From NCBI GenBank assembly GCA_002269645.1, contig NIVC01000393.1, positions 124,001-188,000 of the forward strand: a DNA stretch of 64,000 nt. Reading direction: 5' to 3'. This DNA comes from Macrostomum lignano (Eukaryota). The notes under the pieces were generated by a model that had not been told where the DNA came from, made no database searches, and saw only the letters and a list, made by a program, of their open reading frames with translations. This document shows positions 46,333-62,445 of the stretch, one piece after another (positions within the stretch are counted from its first letter, which is position 1; each line of letters begins with the position of its first letter). The translations under genes and the position numbers were made by a program.

Positions 46333-47490
46333 GGCAAACTACCCGGCACTCGCTTAGATTTGAGATTAAATCCTGATGACACACCAAAAGCTGATTCAAT
46401 TCCCATTAACGGCATTGATTGGTTAGCATATTATCATGACTTAGCATACAGAGATGCTGATAAGAACACACCCGAGGAAGCATTAAGATTAAAACATGAA
46501 GCCGATAGAAAGATGATTCAAGGATTAGATAACTTGCAAGGATTATCGGTAAGCCAAAGATTAACTCGGTGGATGGTTAAAAAGATTCTGCAATCTAAAG
46601 TTAAATTTGGTTTAGGAATTAATTACAACCAACATGGAAATAATTGTGTTGAGTGTTTATTATTAAGTGGTAGTGGGTTAAGTTCTGATGAGGCAAAAGT
46701 TCTTCATAAAGAATATCGAAAACCTAAATTTTATAGAAAAATCATGAACTTCAAAAAGAACGAAATTTGGTATGCTGATTTAATGTCATTGCCGAGCGAC
46801 AGAGGATATAAATATATTTTAACCATATTAGATGGTTTTACTCGATACGCGTGGGCAGTTCCTTTAAAATCCAAAAAAGGAGAGGAGGTTGCTGATGCTT
46901 TTAGAAATCTTGGAGAAAAAAGCGAACGGTTGTGTGTTGATGAAGGAAAAGAATTTTACAATCCTCATATGTATAAATTATATCATTTTGAAAAAGGACA
47001 AGAAAGGAAAAAAGACGCGAATGGGGAGTATATTAATAAAATTTATTCTATTTATGGAGAAAGTAAAAACGCATTAATAGAAAGATTTAATCGAACTTTG
47101 GGGAAGAAATTGTGGTTTCAGTTTAGTCTTAATGGAAACCAAAAGTGGGTAAAAATATTACCAGACGTCGTGAAAGATTATAATAATTCATATCATTCAG
47201 CAATAAAGATGACTCCTCAACAAGCTTATAACAATCCTGAAAACGTTAAAGTTACTTTTGGAGAATTTGAAAAAAATAAAAAGAAACCTTTTAAGGTTGG
47301 TGATTCTGTTTATATATATAAATGGAAAGATAAGTTTGAAAAGGGAAGAAAAGGATATTGGAAGATAAGTGAGAAATTTACCATCAGTAAGGTTTTAAAT
47401 ACAAATCCTACAACCTATATAATTGCTGATAAGGATGGTGAAGAAATATTGGGTTCGTTTTATGAGAATCAGATAATATCTGCGAACTAA
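46333..47490 (+). CDS. Parvovirus-type PLA2 fused to Maverick rve integrase; true 5' end frameshifted or missing
   Basis: PGTRLDLRL...INGIDWLAYYHDLAY (PLA2 HD motif), then YADL..., ILDGFTRYAW, VDEGKEF, IERFNRTL (D-D-E) and C-terminal FKVGD...W...F.I...TY...GSFYE. Confidence 0.9.
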   Translation, partial: GKLPGTRLDLRLNPDDTPKADSIPINGIDWLAYYHDLAYRDADKNTPEEALRLKHEADRKMIQGLDNLQGLSVSQRLTRWMVKKILQSKVKFGLGINYNQHGNNCVECLLLSGSGLSSDEAKVLHKEYRKPKFYRKIMNFKKNEIWYADLMSLPSDRGYKYILTILDGFTRYAWAVPLKSKKGEEVADAFRNLGEKSERLCVDEGKEFYNPHMYKLYHFEKGQERKKDANGEYINKIYSIYGESKNALIERFNRTLGKKLWFQFSLNGNQKWVKILPDVVKDYNNSYHSAIKMTPQQAYNNPENVKVTFGEFEKNKKKPFKVGDSVYIYKWKDKFEKGRKGYWKISEKFTISKVLNTNPTTYIIADKDGEEILGSFYENQIISAN

Positions 47491-47500
47491 GTTCGAACAA

Positions 47501-47725
47501 TTACTTAAGGCAACAGGGTAGTAAATTTTTTATAACAAACAAAAACAATATTATTACTATTATTGTTACTAATATTATTATTGACATTTGTTCAACAGTG
47601 ATTAGACTTAAATTTTCATTAAGTTCATTAATCGGCACATTTTCGATGTAGGAGTAGTTTACCTTCATTTTTTTATATATATTTTTCACAATAAATGTCG
47701 TTTCTGTTATAGAATAATAGTTCAT
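47501..47725 (-). CDS. Hypothetical 74-aa membrane protein inside the Maverick
   Basis: C-terminal hydrophobic stretch IIILVTIIVIILFLFVI followed by KNLLPCC; aaaaaATG context. Confidence 0.55.
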   Translation of the reverse strand: MNYYSITETTFIVKNIYKKMKVNYSYIENVPINELNENLSLITVEQMSIIILVTIIVIILFLFVIKNLLPCCLK

Positions 47726-47742
47726 TTTTTAAATATTTTTTT

Positions 47743-48057
47743 TCACATAAAAATTTCAATTTCATTCTCAGAATCACTAGTTTCATATGAGCTATTTGTT
47801 GAGTTGGAATCATCTGAACGAACCTCCCAATCATCCGAATTTAAATAATCTCCAAGTTGAAATATTAACTCACCCTCTTGTTCTAAATCATACATCTCAT
47901 CCAACTCTAATGGATAAAGTTTTAGGTCATGCTTGTCGTCATACTTTAAATAAACTTCATCAATTATTCCATTCAAAATATGTTGTTTTATTATCTCTGC
48001 ATTTTTAGCAACAGTCTCAAAAGTATCACTAACAGAAAAGGTGTAAACTCGGGTCAT
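47743..48057 (-). CDS. Hypothetical acidic 104-aa protein inside the Maverick
   Basis: The A of ATG is the last base of the right TIR; acidic composition. Confidence 0.6.
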   Translation of the reverse strand: MTRVYTFSVSDTFETVAKNAEIIKQHILNGIIDEVYLKYDDKHDLKLYPLELDEMYDLEQEGELIFQLGDYLNSDDWEVRSDDSNSTNSSYETSDSENEIEIFM

Positions 48058-48719
48058 TTTAGTAACAGAAAAAGACCCTTAGCGCCTGCGGCGCGTGCGA
48101 GGGGTTATAGAGAATTGGAAGTGTTAGAAGTGTTGGGTGCGGTACAAAATTGCCAGCAAACCGAAGCGAACGACGAGAGCGAATTCTCATAATTCAAAGA
48201 GAATTAATCGTTGTAAGTGTGAAATGAGGAGATTGACCGAAATGAAGCGAGGATGAGCGAAGCGAGTTGAGCGAAGTGAAGACGAGCGATAATGAAGGGA
48301 AAACGAGTCATTTCAAACTGATAAAGGGTTAATTCTCTTTGAATTATGAGAACGGTTTGCTGGCAATTTTGTACCGTATATTACTACTACTATTGATTGA
48401 CTGAGATATCTATGGTATAAGCTTTTACGATATACGTATGCTATCGTTCAGTGCGCGGCATCGCTTTTATTTCAATTAAATATATAGACACAATCGAGCG
48501 CCTCTTAAGCGCCTCCAACTCGGCCTTCGCTAACATGGCGTCCCATAGCAGCGATTAACTGCCCAACGCTTTCGTGACAGCTACTTTGCGACCATGATGG
48601 CGCCAACTAAAGCCCCACAGCAGTCACCAACCAAGGCACCACCATCGGCACAACAAAAGCTACTCCAACGGAGAGGCTAACACCCGAGTTGAATCAGCGC
48701 GGGGAATTTCACTTCCGGG

Positions 48720-48925
48720 TCTACAGATCCCTCGCTTAGACCTATCCACAGACACGCTGGATGAGTTCGACGCGTGGCGTGCAACACTTGAGGCCTACTT
48801 CGAGGCTATGGACATTAACAAACTCGCAAGTGACAGCCAGGCTATTGTAGGTCAGAAAAAAGCGTTGTAGAGCTTGCATGCTCAACGCATTCTCAGCAGC
48901 CACGTTCTGCAAATACCTGAACCTT
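48720..48925 (+). pseudogene. Gypsy-like gag remnant, 5' piece (continues at 53735)
   Basis: IPRLDLSTDTLDEFDAWRATLEAYF...MLNAFSAATFCKYLNL; possible PBS tggcgtccc near 48537. Confidence 0.65.
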
Positions 48926-49019
48926 ACTTACTTACTTACTTACTACTGACGGGGGGCGCAGGCGCCGCGAATAGGCCGCGAGGCCCCTATCGCAACCCCA
49001 AGGTAAAAGAGCACAAGGA

Positions 49020-53948
<4,929 letters not shown>

Positions 53949-55980
53949 GGGGGTGTTTTACGAACTGCGTCTTAAGACTGACTCCTAAGTTCCAACTTAG
54001 GCTCGAACTTAAGACTGAGCCGTAAATGCGTTTTACAAACACTTAGGAGTCACTTCTAACCTCGATCTACGCTAAGGTCGAGCTTTGGTTGTGGACGAGA
54101 AAGTTTAAGATAGGGTTGACCAAAGACTAATTCCGTGTGGCGTCAAACTTTAGCCGTTTTATAATTGCCTTGTTTTAGCCAGCAGAGACACGGTCCCAGC
54201 TTATAGTATTTCTTGTTCATTGAGTTTATTTTGCATTGCAAATCACAATCGAATGGCTGATAAAAGAAGACCTAATTTTAGTCAGAAAGAGATTGAGATC
54301 CTGCTGGAGATGGCAAGAGAGAAGCCGATGCTGAGAGCGAAGCACAGGGATGCAGGCACGAACCACCAGAAGAAGAAATTGCTCGAGGAAATCGCGCTAT
54401 CCGTGTCCGCTGCTGGTGTCGCAAGGCGCTCCGCTGACGAATGCAGAAAGAAGCTTGCCTCATTGTGCAGAGACACCAAGGCTAAGGCTCCAACCGCGTT
54501 CAATGAACAGGTCCGAAGGTGTGGCGGTGTATCTGCAGCCCAACCGTTGACGGACGTCGACAAGACGGTTCTTTCATTTCTTCCGGACATAGCCTACAAA
54601 GACGTGTCGAATGGCTTTGATTCGTCGGTGGTTGGCACGCCATTGCGCGGTGACATATGTCTGTCAAGCTAACCTGTCAGCTCTATCGACGGTGCCAACA
54701 ACCGGGACACTAACGAGGCTGCCAATGTGCCTTCGACAAAGAAGAAAAACACTGAGACTGCCTCTTGCAACGGTCGCAAGCGCCGCGCAGCCGATGATGA
54801 GGACGTCTCTGAAGCCCTGTGGATGCAATCTGAGATGGTGCAGCTGCAGCGCGAAACACTGACCGAGCTGAAGGAGATTCGGATTGCGCTGTGTGATCAG
54901 CTAAGCGTTCTGTGCGGGCAGCACAGATCGTAATTTGACACGGTGTGTCGAGATGTCGAGATGTGTTGTTGACTGTGTTCATCTGGCTGGCTGGTTGTCG
55001 TTTCATCGTTACCATAATTTTGTTGTTAGTATTGCTGTTTGTTAGTTTTACAGTCCATGTCTGCGTCTGTACTTGTGCACATTAGGGCATGGTGAAACTA
55101 CAAAAAATTACGCGCATTGAATTCAGCATTCTGTGAGTATGAGTTTTAGTTTGTCGAGAAAAGTGACAGTAACTGACAGAAATATGAACGTACAGTATTA
55201 CACACCAAGGTAACTGAATTGTTCATAGTAATAAAACAGGATGGACAATGAGGAATAACCGGGCTGGGGTAAGTTAGCTTGATCCTATGAAAGTCAGATA
55301 AGCATGCTAGCTAGAAGTAGTAGCTGGTCACCCTGTCCCGAGCAGCGCTTCCAGCAGTGTCCGCTTCGTGCCCTTCAAAGCCGTCGTCAATGACATATTC
55401 AACCTCCATCTCTGCTACGTCAGGCACACGATAACGACGGGCCCTATTGTGCAAACAAATACAGGCGACAATGACCCGAGTAGCAACAGTCGGATGAAAA
55501 GGCAGAGGCCCAGTCACCTTGTGTGACAAACAGAGGAACCGTGACTTCAGAATTCCGAAAGTCCTTTCTACTGCAACACGAGTCCTTCGTAATGAACGGT
55601 TGTAAGCTTGCTCGTTAGCAGAACGCGGGAACAGATATGGAGTAAGCAGGAATGGCTTCAGTGCGTAGCCGCTGTCCCCAAGGAGCCATTTGTCACCAAA
55701 CTCGCCGGCAACGATCCCGTGCTTCAGGGCAGACTGATTGAAAATGAACTAATCGTTCGCAGAGCCTGGGAAGCGCACTACCGCATCCAAAATTTTAAAG
55801 TCAGAATCACACACACATTGCACGTTGATGGAATGATACCCTTTGCGATTCACGTACACGTTCTCGTCGTCAATTGGCGACTTGATGGCAATGTGCGTCC
55901 CATCGATGCAACCAAGCACATTAGGAAGGCCGGCAATGGCAGCAAATTGCACAGCAATTGTCTCCCTCTGCATCTCGGAC
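53949..55980. mobile_element. Truncated PIF/Harbinger: Myb-like gene (+, from 54253) and transposase C-half (-, 55311-55973)
   Basis: MADKRRPNFSQKEIEILL trihelix/Myb; GCIDGTHIAI, GDSGY, VERTFGILKSRF; only one end (ggggtgttttac) seen; internal stop. Confidence 0.88.
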
Positions 55981-56303
55981 TACATCATGAAATAAATAAA
56001 TTAGACCATTAGTCTATGGTCAAAGCATATTGAACGTGTGACAATCAGAAGCATTGCCAGTAGGCTTTGTCTATGTGACAATATAATAGATATATCTATG
56101 CTTCCTCGGGCCGAGACGGCACAATCCTCAGGCTGCTGCGCAGCCCTCGTATTTGTTAAGTTTGACATATTTCTATTGTGTCTTACTTCGCGGGCCGCAT
56201 CACTTCATTTCGGCACGCTCCTAGATGCTGGGCTAAGCAAAGTATGCAGTTTTCGATATACCATCTTTACCATAGACTATAATCCCGGGATGGAGCATAG
56301 TAA

Positions 56304-56883
56304 ACCATCACCGAGAGGGACTGGACTGACGGCAAACAGATCCGTCTTTTCGCAACCGACGATAACAGATGCCCTGTCGCGGCCGTGGAGAAGTACCTGT
56401 CTAAGATTCCGAAGCAGGTCAGTGTGCTTTTTCCGAAACCTATGAATTTTAAGCCTGGGGCAGCTAATTGGTATTCCTCAACCTGTGTTCTTGGAAAAAA
56501 CACGCTTAACGATATGATGAAAAAGGTATCTGAACGTGCTGGACTCAGTCGTGTCTATACTAATCATTGCGTAAGAGCTACGACCGTGACGAACTTGGCT
56601 GACAGCGGACACTCTATGGATGAAATCAAGGCTGTAACAGGTCAGTGTTCAGTTGTTTTTGTAGTGTGCTAAGTTATAGATAATTATAGCATCACTCTAA
56701 AGAAACCGATTTTTTGTAGGTCATCGCCGCAATGAATCCGTCAATCGATACACCAAGCGCATCTCTGAGAAGAGAAAGATCCAGTCTCACGGTTGCACTC
56801 AGTGTCGAAGGTGTCGAATGTGGTTTCAAGTTAGCACCGCCAGACGGAGTACAATGAGCCTGGCCTGTCGCGCAACCCAATAG
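56304..56883 (+). pseudogene. Crypton tyrosine recombinase C-terminal part with a spliceosomal intron at 56641-56719
   Basis: CPVAAVEKYL...LGKNTL...YTNHCVRAT...VTG|HRRNESVNRY gives H-x-x-R, H and Y after splicing a GT-AG intron. Confidence 0.85.
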
Positions 56884-57410
56884 GATGGAACTAAAATTAG
56901 CTTCTTCTTGTAAAAGAGGCAAGCGGTGAATGGAAGCAAGATGTGAACCTGTAACGCACAATGAATTTTGCTAGCAATGTTTGTGACAATTACATTTGAT
57001 GGTTTTTTTTACAACTTTTAAGTATACGTTAATTACGAGTACATATGTTATACTCAATCGTTCTGGCAAAAGTTTGGCCATAGACTAGCCTCACATATCC
57101 TCATTTCGGCCCGCGATGTGGCCTGTGAAATCTAGACACAATAGGCCGTATGAATAAACTGAGCAAATGCTCAAACTCAAGCAAATGCTCAGGTCAATAA
57201 GAATAAGTTGAGCTTTTGCTCATGAGCAAATGCTCATGAGTAAATGCTCGTGAGCATTTGCTCCGACTCATGAGAAAATTCTCAGCTGCAGAGCAATTAC
57301 TCCAGTCAGTAAGAATAAAAACATGGCCATAGACAAAAGATCGGAGCAATTGCTCACAAAATGTTGAGACAGCTACCTAGCTGACTCAACTGGCAAGCAA
57401 CTGCAGTTGA

Positions 57411-58464
57411 ATGGCGGAATTTATGCCTGAAATCGCTCCTGCAAGGCGCAAGCTCTACCTTGAAAGGCTTTCGTCTGATGTCCTTCGAGATTGCGAGTAC
57501 CAGCGGCTGTTCAGATTCTCCCGCGACAGCGTTGACCTGCTCACGGCAAGCTTCCTTGACAACAGTCAGGAATCACGAGGGGGTGCTCTGTCACCTAAGG
57601 TGCGCATGGAAGTTGCTCTACGATACCTGGCGAATCCTGGCTTTCAAACCGGCATCGCAAACGAGTTCAACATCCATCAGACAACCGTATCGAAAACTGC
57701 TTGGCATGTTGTGCAACGAATTTGTGCTCAAACGATGGATCAAATGGCCGACACAATCTGAGCACCAGCTGCATGAAGCCAAGCAGAACTGGTTCCAAAA
57801 GTTCCGGTACCCGTCAGCAATCGGGGCAATCGATTGCACACATGTACGGATCGAGAAGCCTGGAGGTGCGGTGGGGAACGAGTATGTCAACCGCAAGGGC
57901 TTTGCATCCATCAATGTTCAAGCCACTTGCGACGAGAGTTTCAAATTCACGAGCGTAGATGCATCGTGGCCTGGCTCGGTGCACGACAACCGGATCTTCA
58001 AGAATTCTGAAATCTACGGCGATCTCTCCAACCGCCAGGGCGTCGTGTTGCTAGGAGACGAGGGCTACGGCATAGCCCCTTTCATTTTGAAGCCGTTCAA
58101 GGAGCCGAACCAGCCGCAGGAGATTCTGTTCAATCGGGTGTACTCAAACGCTAGAGTAGTTATCAAAAATGCCTTCGGTCAGTTGAAGCGGCGCTTCCCC
58201 ATCCTCAAATACATGATCAGAGTGAGGCTAGAGCGCGTCCCAACCTACATCATTGCTTGCTGTGTTCTGCACAATGTGGCGAGAGAGCTGAACGACAGAG
58301 CAGTCGATGATGAGGCCATCGAGGAGGAGATGACACATGTGGCAGACGTGCCCCACACGCTCGATGCAGGCGACGCGCAGAGGCGCGCTGCGGGCACGCA
58401 GCGTCGATTGGAAATCGCTGACATCATTTTTCGCCGTCGGCATAGCAACCACCACGCGCCATGA
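57411..58464 (+). pseudogene. Harbinger DDE transposase, frameshift near 57730, catalytic E appears as K
   Basis: GAIDCTHV, GSVHDNRIF, GDEGY, VIKNAFGQLKRRF. Confidence 0.9.
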
Positions 58465-58806
58465 ACTTCACCAGTGACTCACTCAAGTGTTATGCGCAGA
58501 ACTGCTCGGTTCCCTAACTGCTACGCTGTTTGTTGAGTTGCCTGCTAAGTTTACTGTATTGCCTGTCCATTTACCTGTTCCACGCTGTGCTGCTGTGCTG
58601 CTAGTGTAATTTGAATAAACCTCAATAAAATAGTTGAAATGATAAAGTTCTAACTTTAAAATTTTAAGGTTCAAAACGCACCAGTCGATGCAACAATGTA
58701 ATTATCAGTTGATTTTGTTTAACCGGCACTCTGCCTCAAATTTTAAACAGACGAAACAGGTCTCAGTTTACGCTCAAAGCTGCTCAAAGCACGTATCAGT
58801 GTCAGT

Positions 58807-59520
58807 TCACAGCCAAAAAAACTGCGGCTCCGGAGCGCGCTCGCAGGAATCGCTTGATCGCGCTGCCTGCGGCTGCTCAATTGGGCTGCTGTGTGGTGTC
58901 CACCTGCGATAAGCCTCAGACTCCAGCAGGCGCCGGCTCTTCAGTCGGAAATACTTCAGCTGCTCGAGTAGCACAAGCCGCTGCAGCTCGGCATTGCTGA
59001 GCCCAGATGTTTCCTGGCTCTCATTGCTGCTCCTGCGGGGAGCGAGGCGAGCGGACGATGGCTTGTTGGCAGTGGCAGTGGCAGCGCTGCTGAGCAGAGG
59101 GGCACGATCTGCAGCATCTCCATCGGCTTGCATAGACCCGGCTGTGTCCAATGGCTGCGACGCTTCCGCATTACATGCTACTCCGCTCGACTGGCAGCCT
59201 GGCACCTTGCTGAATACAGGGTTTTCTGTTGCCTGCAGGAAGTATAGCATCGCCTCCTCCCATTTCTTCAGTTGGATCTTCCTGTTGCCGGTCCTGTTGA
59301 TGTCTGCCTTAGCTTTCAGTCTTGCCTTCATATTGGCCAGCTTTTTGTTATTTTTTTTTTAATCCGTGCTCTTGCCACTAAGCTCCAACTCGCTCTGGAT
59401 AGATAGCAATGCTGCCTTTTTCTTCTCCGCGATACTAGGCGTCTTTGCTTTGTCAGCAAGACACGGATGGCGTATTACGATATTCACAAACTGCTCGTCG
59501 CTGGCATCATCAGTATCCAT
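58807..59520 (-). pseudogene. Harbinger Myb/SANT-like partner protein, break in the T-run near 59350
   Basis: MDTDDASDEQFVNIV...KKLANMKARLKAKADINRTGNRKIQLKKWE. Confidence 0.8.
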
Positions 59521-59969
59521 TTCAGATCAGTGCTTGCTAAGCTGTGTTTGCTATGCTGAGCTATGCGGCTATGCAACACTATACTTAGCTTCGATCGTTA
59601 GTGAGTGCTGCCGCTTCTCTTGCTGCTGCTGCAGCTCTGCCTGTCTATGGCTTTAAGCAGCCAGGCTGCTGCTCAAGCGGTTGAGCAATTACTCTGAGTC
59701 TGAGTTTTTTGTTTATTCATACTGAATTGTTGCATTTGCTCTGACTCAGAGTGCGAGCATTTGCTCAAGAGCATTTGCTGATTTTATTCATACGGCCTAA
59801 TATACCTTTTCAAACTCGACTTTGGCAAAAGTGACTTCAATTTTGGCAGCCCATAGAAAAAGCATACGCCTGCCAGCAACATGTCTATGGTCAACTGTGG
59901 TAGAATCGGTTAAAGCGTGCATTCAACTTTGGCAAAAGTGAGCGAATTTTGGCAACTCAACCGAACAAG

Positions 59970-60255
59970 ATGCCGAACGCACGTATATCGCTGCAGGATC
60001 GAGAACGGCTGGTGCGCAGCTACCAAGAAGGAAGAGACTGGAGACGACTGGCGAAGGACCTCGACATAAAGAGAACCACGGCCGACACAATTATCCACAG
60101 GTTTGTCACTGAAAATCGCGTTGCCCTGAAGCAACGAGGAGGAGCCGTGAGGCCAAAATTTACACTACCAATGTTAAATGCTGTGACTCGGTTTGTTGAA
60201 GAGAAGCCCACCATAACGTTGAGGGAGATGAAGGAGAAGATGGAAGCCGAACTTC
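59970..60255 (+). pseudogene. IS630/Tc1-like transposase N-terminal HTH fragment ending in a 21-bp repeat (60255-60328)
   Basis: ISLQDRERLV...LAKDLDIKRTTADTII...RGG...PTITLREMK. Confidence 0.75.
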
Positions 60256-60710
60256 CAGGCTTCCATCCAGGCTCTCCAGGCTTCCATCCAGGCTCTCCAG
60301 GCTTCCATCCAGGCTCTCCAGGCTTCCAGAGAGTAGTTTTTCTAAATATAGTCGAGTAAACCATCTAGGGTATTTATTATCTACGCTCTAAACTAAGTTT
60401 ACAGACTTTACTGTGTTGTATTTTGGCAGTTATTTTGTCGTTCTGTTGTCAATAGTTTATTTTAGTTCCAGTTATGCATCTTTGGCACCAAATTGATTTT
60501 ATCGTGCGCATCCGTAACTAGCTATATCCTATATCTATAAAAATTTGGACGCCTTTGCGAAAAAAGCTTCCATATATTAGAGATAGCAGAATCGGTCAGA
60601 AATCGAACTTACTTTAATTAACTTATCTGGGCATCGCACCGTCCAATCTGCAAGCTGGCTTCTGTTAAGCTGGGTCTATAATTAGCTCGTATGTAAGAAC
60701 TTTCGATTTT

Positions 60711-61447
60711 TGCAGTCAATTTTCCACTCGGGGCTTTCAAAAGGGGACACGGAGACTGTGGCTTCGCCTAGTCAAAGTAGTCTATGGCCCGAACCAAACC
60801 GGCTAGAAGGCGCGATCAGTTTTCCACACCCTGTGAGCAGAGGGCTCCATGGAAAAAAGCGAGATTTTGTCTATGGCCGTTGGCCAAGCGCTATACTGAG
60901 ACTGATATATTCCTGCACGGTAACGAGTGCGGGAATGACATCTGCACGAGTGCGCGCTAGCGCACGAGTGCACGATGTCCTTCACGCACGAGTGAACGTG
61001 AAGGAATTCCATTGTCGGATGATTCATCGTGCAGGAATGCACAAAACCGTGCAGGAATGCATTTCTGCGCCTAATGCTTTTTCAGTGAGATTTTACCATA
61101 GACATCCATTTCTGTCTAAAATCTAGACATCAAATTTTTATCCGAAATTGTCCTTGCCGACAATTTGCCGACAAATTGTCCGACAATTTGACGAAATTGT
61201 CGGATGATTTTCCTTGCAGGAATGGCATTCTTGCACTTTTTGCGTGCAGAAATGGATGTCTATGGTAAAATCTCACTGAAAAAGCATTAGGCGCAGAAAT
61301 GCATTCCTGCACGATGAATCATCCGATAATGAGATTCCTTCACGTTCACTCGTGCGTGAAGGACATCGTGCACTCGTGCCGTACCCGTGCAGGAATCATT
61401 CAGTCTCCGTGTCCACTTTTGAAAGCCCCGAGAGGAAAATTGTCTGC
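60711..61447. mobile_element. Long foldback (palindromic) element
   Basis: 60711-60757 pairs with 61401-61447; ~60960-61113 pairs with ~61251-61380. Confidence 0.82.
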
Positions 61448-61699
61448 TAAAAGCGATATTTAGTTGATAAACAAGTCAGTGTCACGATGGGCTGATACCA
61501 ATCTATGGCCTGAATACTGTCACGTGATGCATCGTGCAAGCGCTACTGTTGGGTGAGCTACTGCTAACTGCTAGTTGCTTAGCTTTTGTGAAATCGGCCC
61601 CTGGCTAGGGCGTTCTCATTTCAGATCGACAGATTTAACCATAGACAAAAGTTGTTTGAGTCGTTGAGTCGTTAGGCGACTGAACAAAGCAAGGCATTT

Positions 61700-61812
61700 A
61701 TGTAGAGATGACGCACTGCTTTCGAGTGCAGCAACGACCATATAACTCGTGCGCTCCGCGCATTCGTGTCTAGGTCGTTACTGCACTCGAAAGCAGTGCG
61801 TCATCTCTACAT
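61700..61812. repeat. 113-bp hairpin element with 40-bp arms (1 mismatch)
   Basis: atgtagagatgacgcactgctttcgagtgcagcaacgacc and its reverse complement. Confidence 0.88.
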
Positions 61813-61849
61813 TAATGGTGTCAGTGTCACTATATCGACATCATTGGCT

Positions 61850-62170
61850 AACGATTTTGTTTTTACCATAGAAGAGTGCGGCAACGTACCGTTTTGCGTT
61901 CGGCAATGCCCCATTGTTTAGCAATTTGACGATCATTATTCACATTTTTAATGCAGAACAATCCACTACTACAAACAATGCATTGTCTGTAGGATCGTCA
62001 AACAGAAAAACAATGCAAAGAATCAGCGGTCGCAGCACGTGACAACGATTTGCCTATGGCTCGCGCCTACCGGCGCTCGCCAGACAATCGTTATCACGCA
62101 CTGGGACCGCTGATTATTTATCCATTGCGTTGCCGCGCGCTTCTATGGTAAAAACAAAAGCGAAATCGTT
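61850..62170. mobile_element. MITE-like element with imperfect TIRs
   Basis: aacgattttgtttttaccatagaag..gcggcaacg / cgttgccgc..cttctatggtaaaacaaaagcgaaatcgtt. Confidence 0.7.
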
Positions 62171-62207
62171 TGACAATTAATAAAACCATATATTGGGTTT
62201 AAACCAT

Positions 62208-62445
62208 AGACAGTGTCACTATATCGATGTCAGTATCACTATATCGGTGTCAGTATCACTATATCGGTGTCAGTATCACTATATCGGTGTCAGTGTCACT
62301 ATATCGGGTCTGTATCACTATATCGGGTCTGTATCACTATATCGGGTCAGTGTCACTATATCGGTGTCAGTGTCACTATATCGGGTCAGTATCACTATAT
62401 CGGGTCAGTGTCACTATATCGGGTCAGTGTCACTATATCGGTGTC
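62208..62445. repeat. 19-20-bp minisatellite
   Basis: Unit gtgtcagtgtcactatatcg. Confidence 0.9.

Larger units (their letters stand above)
44308..48388. mobile_element. Mini-Maverick/Polinton (adintovirus-derived), 4081 bp
   Basis: Termini AGTAGT...ACTACT, 332-bp TIRs (44308-44639, 48057-48388), 6-bp TSD ACTATT (44302-44307, 48389-48394), Maverick-type integrase. Confidence 0.93.
57143..59798. mobile_element. Full-length PIF/Harbinger, 2656 bp
   Basis: TIR aggccgtatgaataaa at both ends, 3-bp flanking duplication AAT, subterminal gagcaaatgctc palindromes, convergent transposase and Myb genes. Confidence 0.93.
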
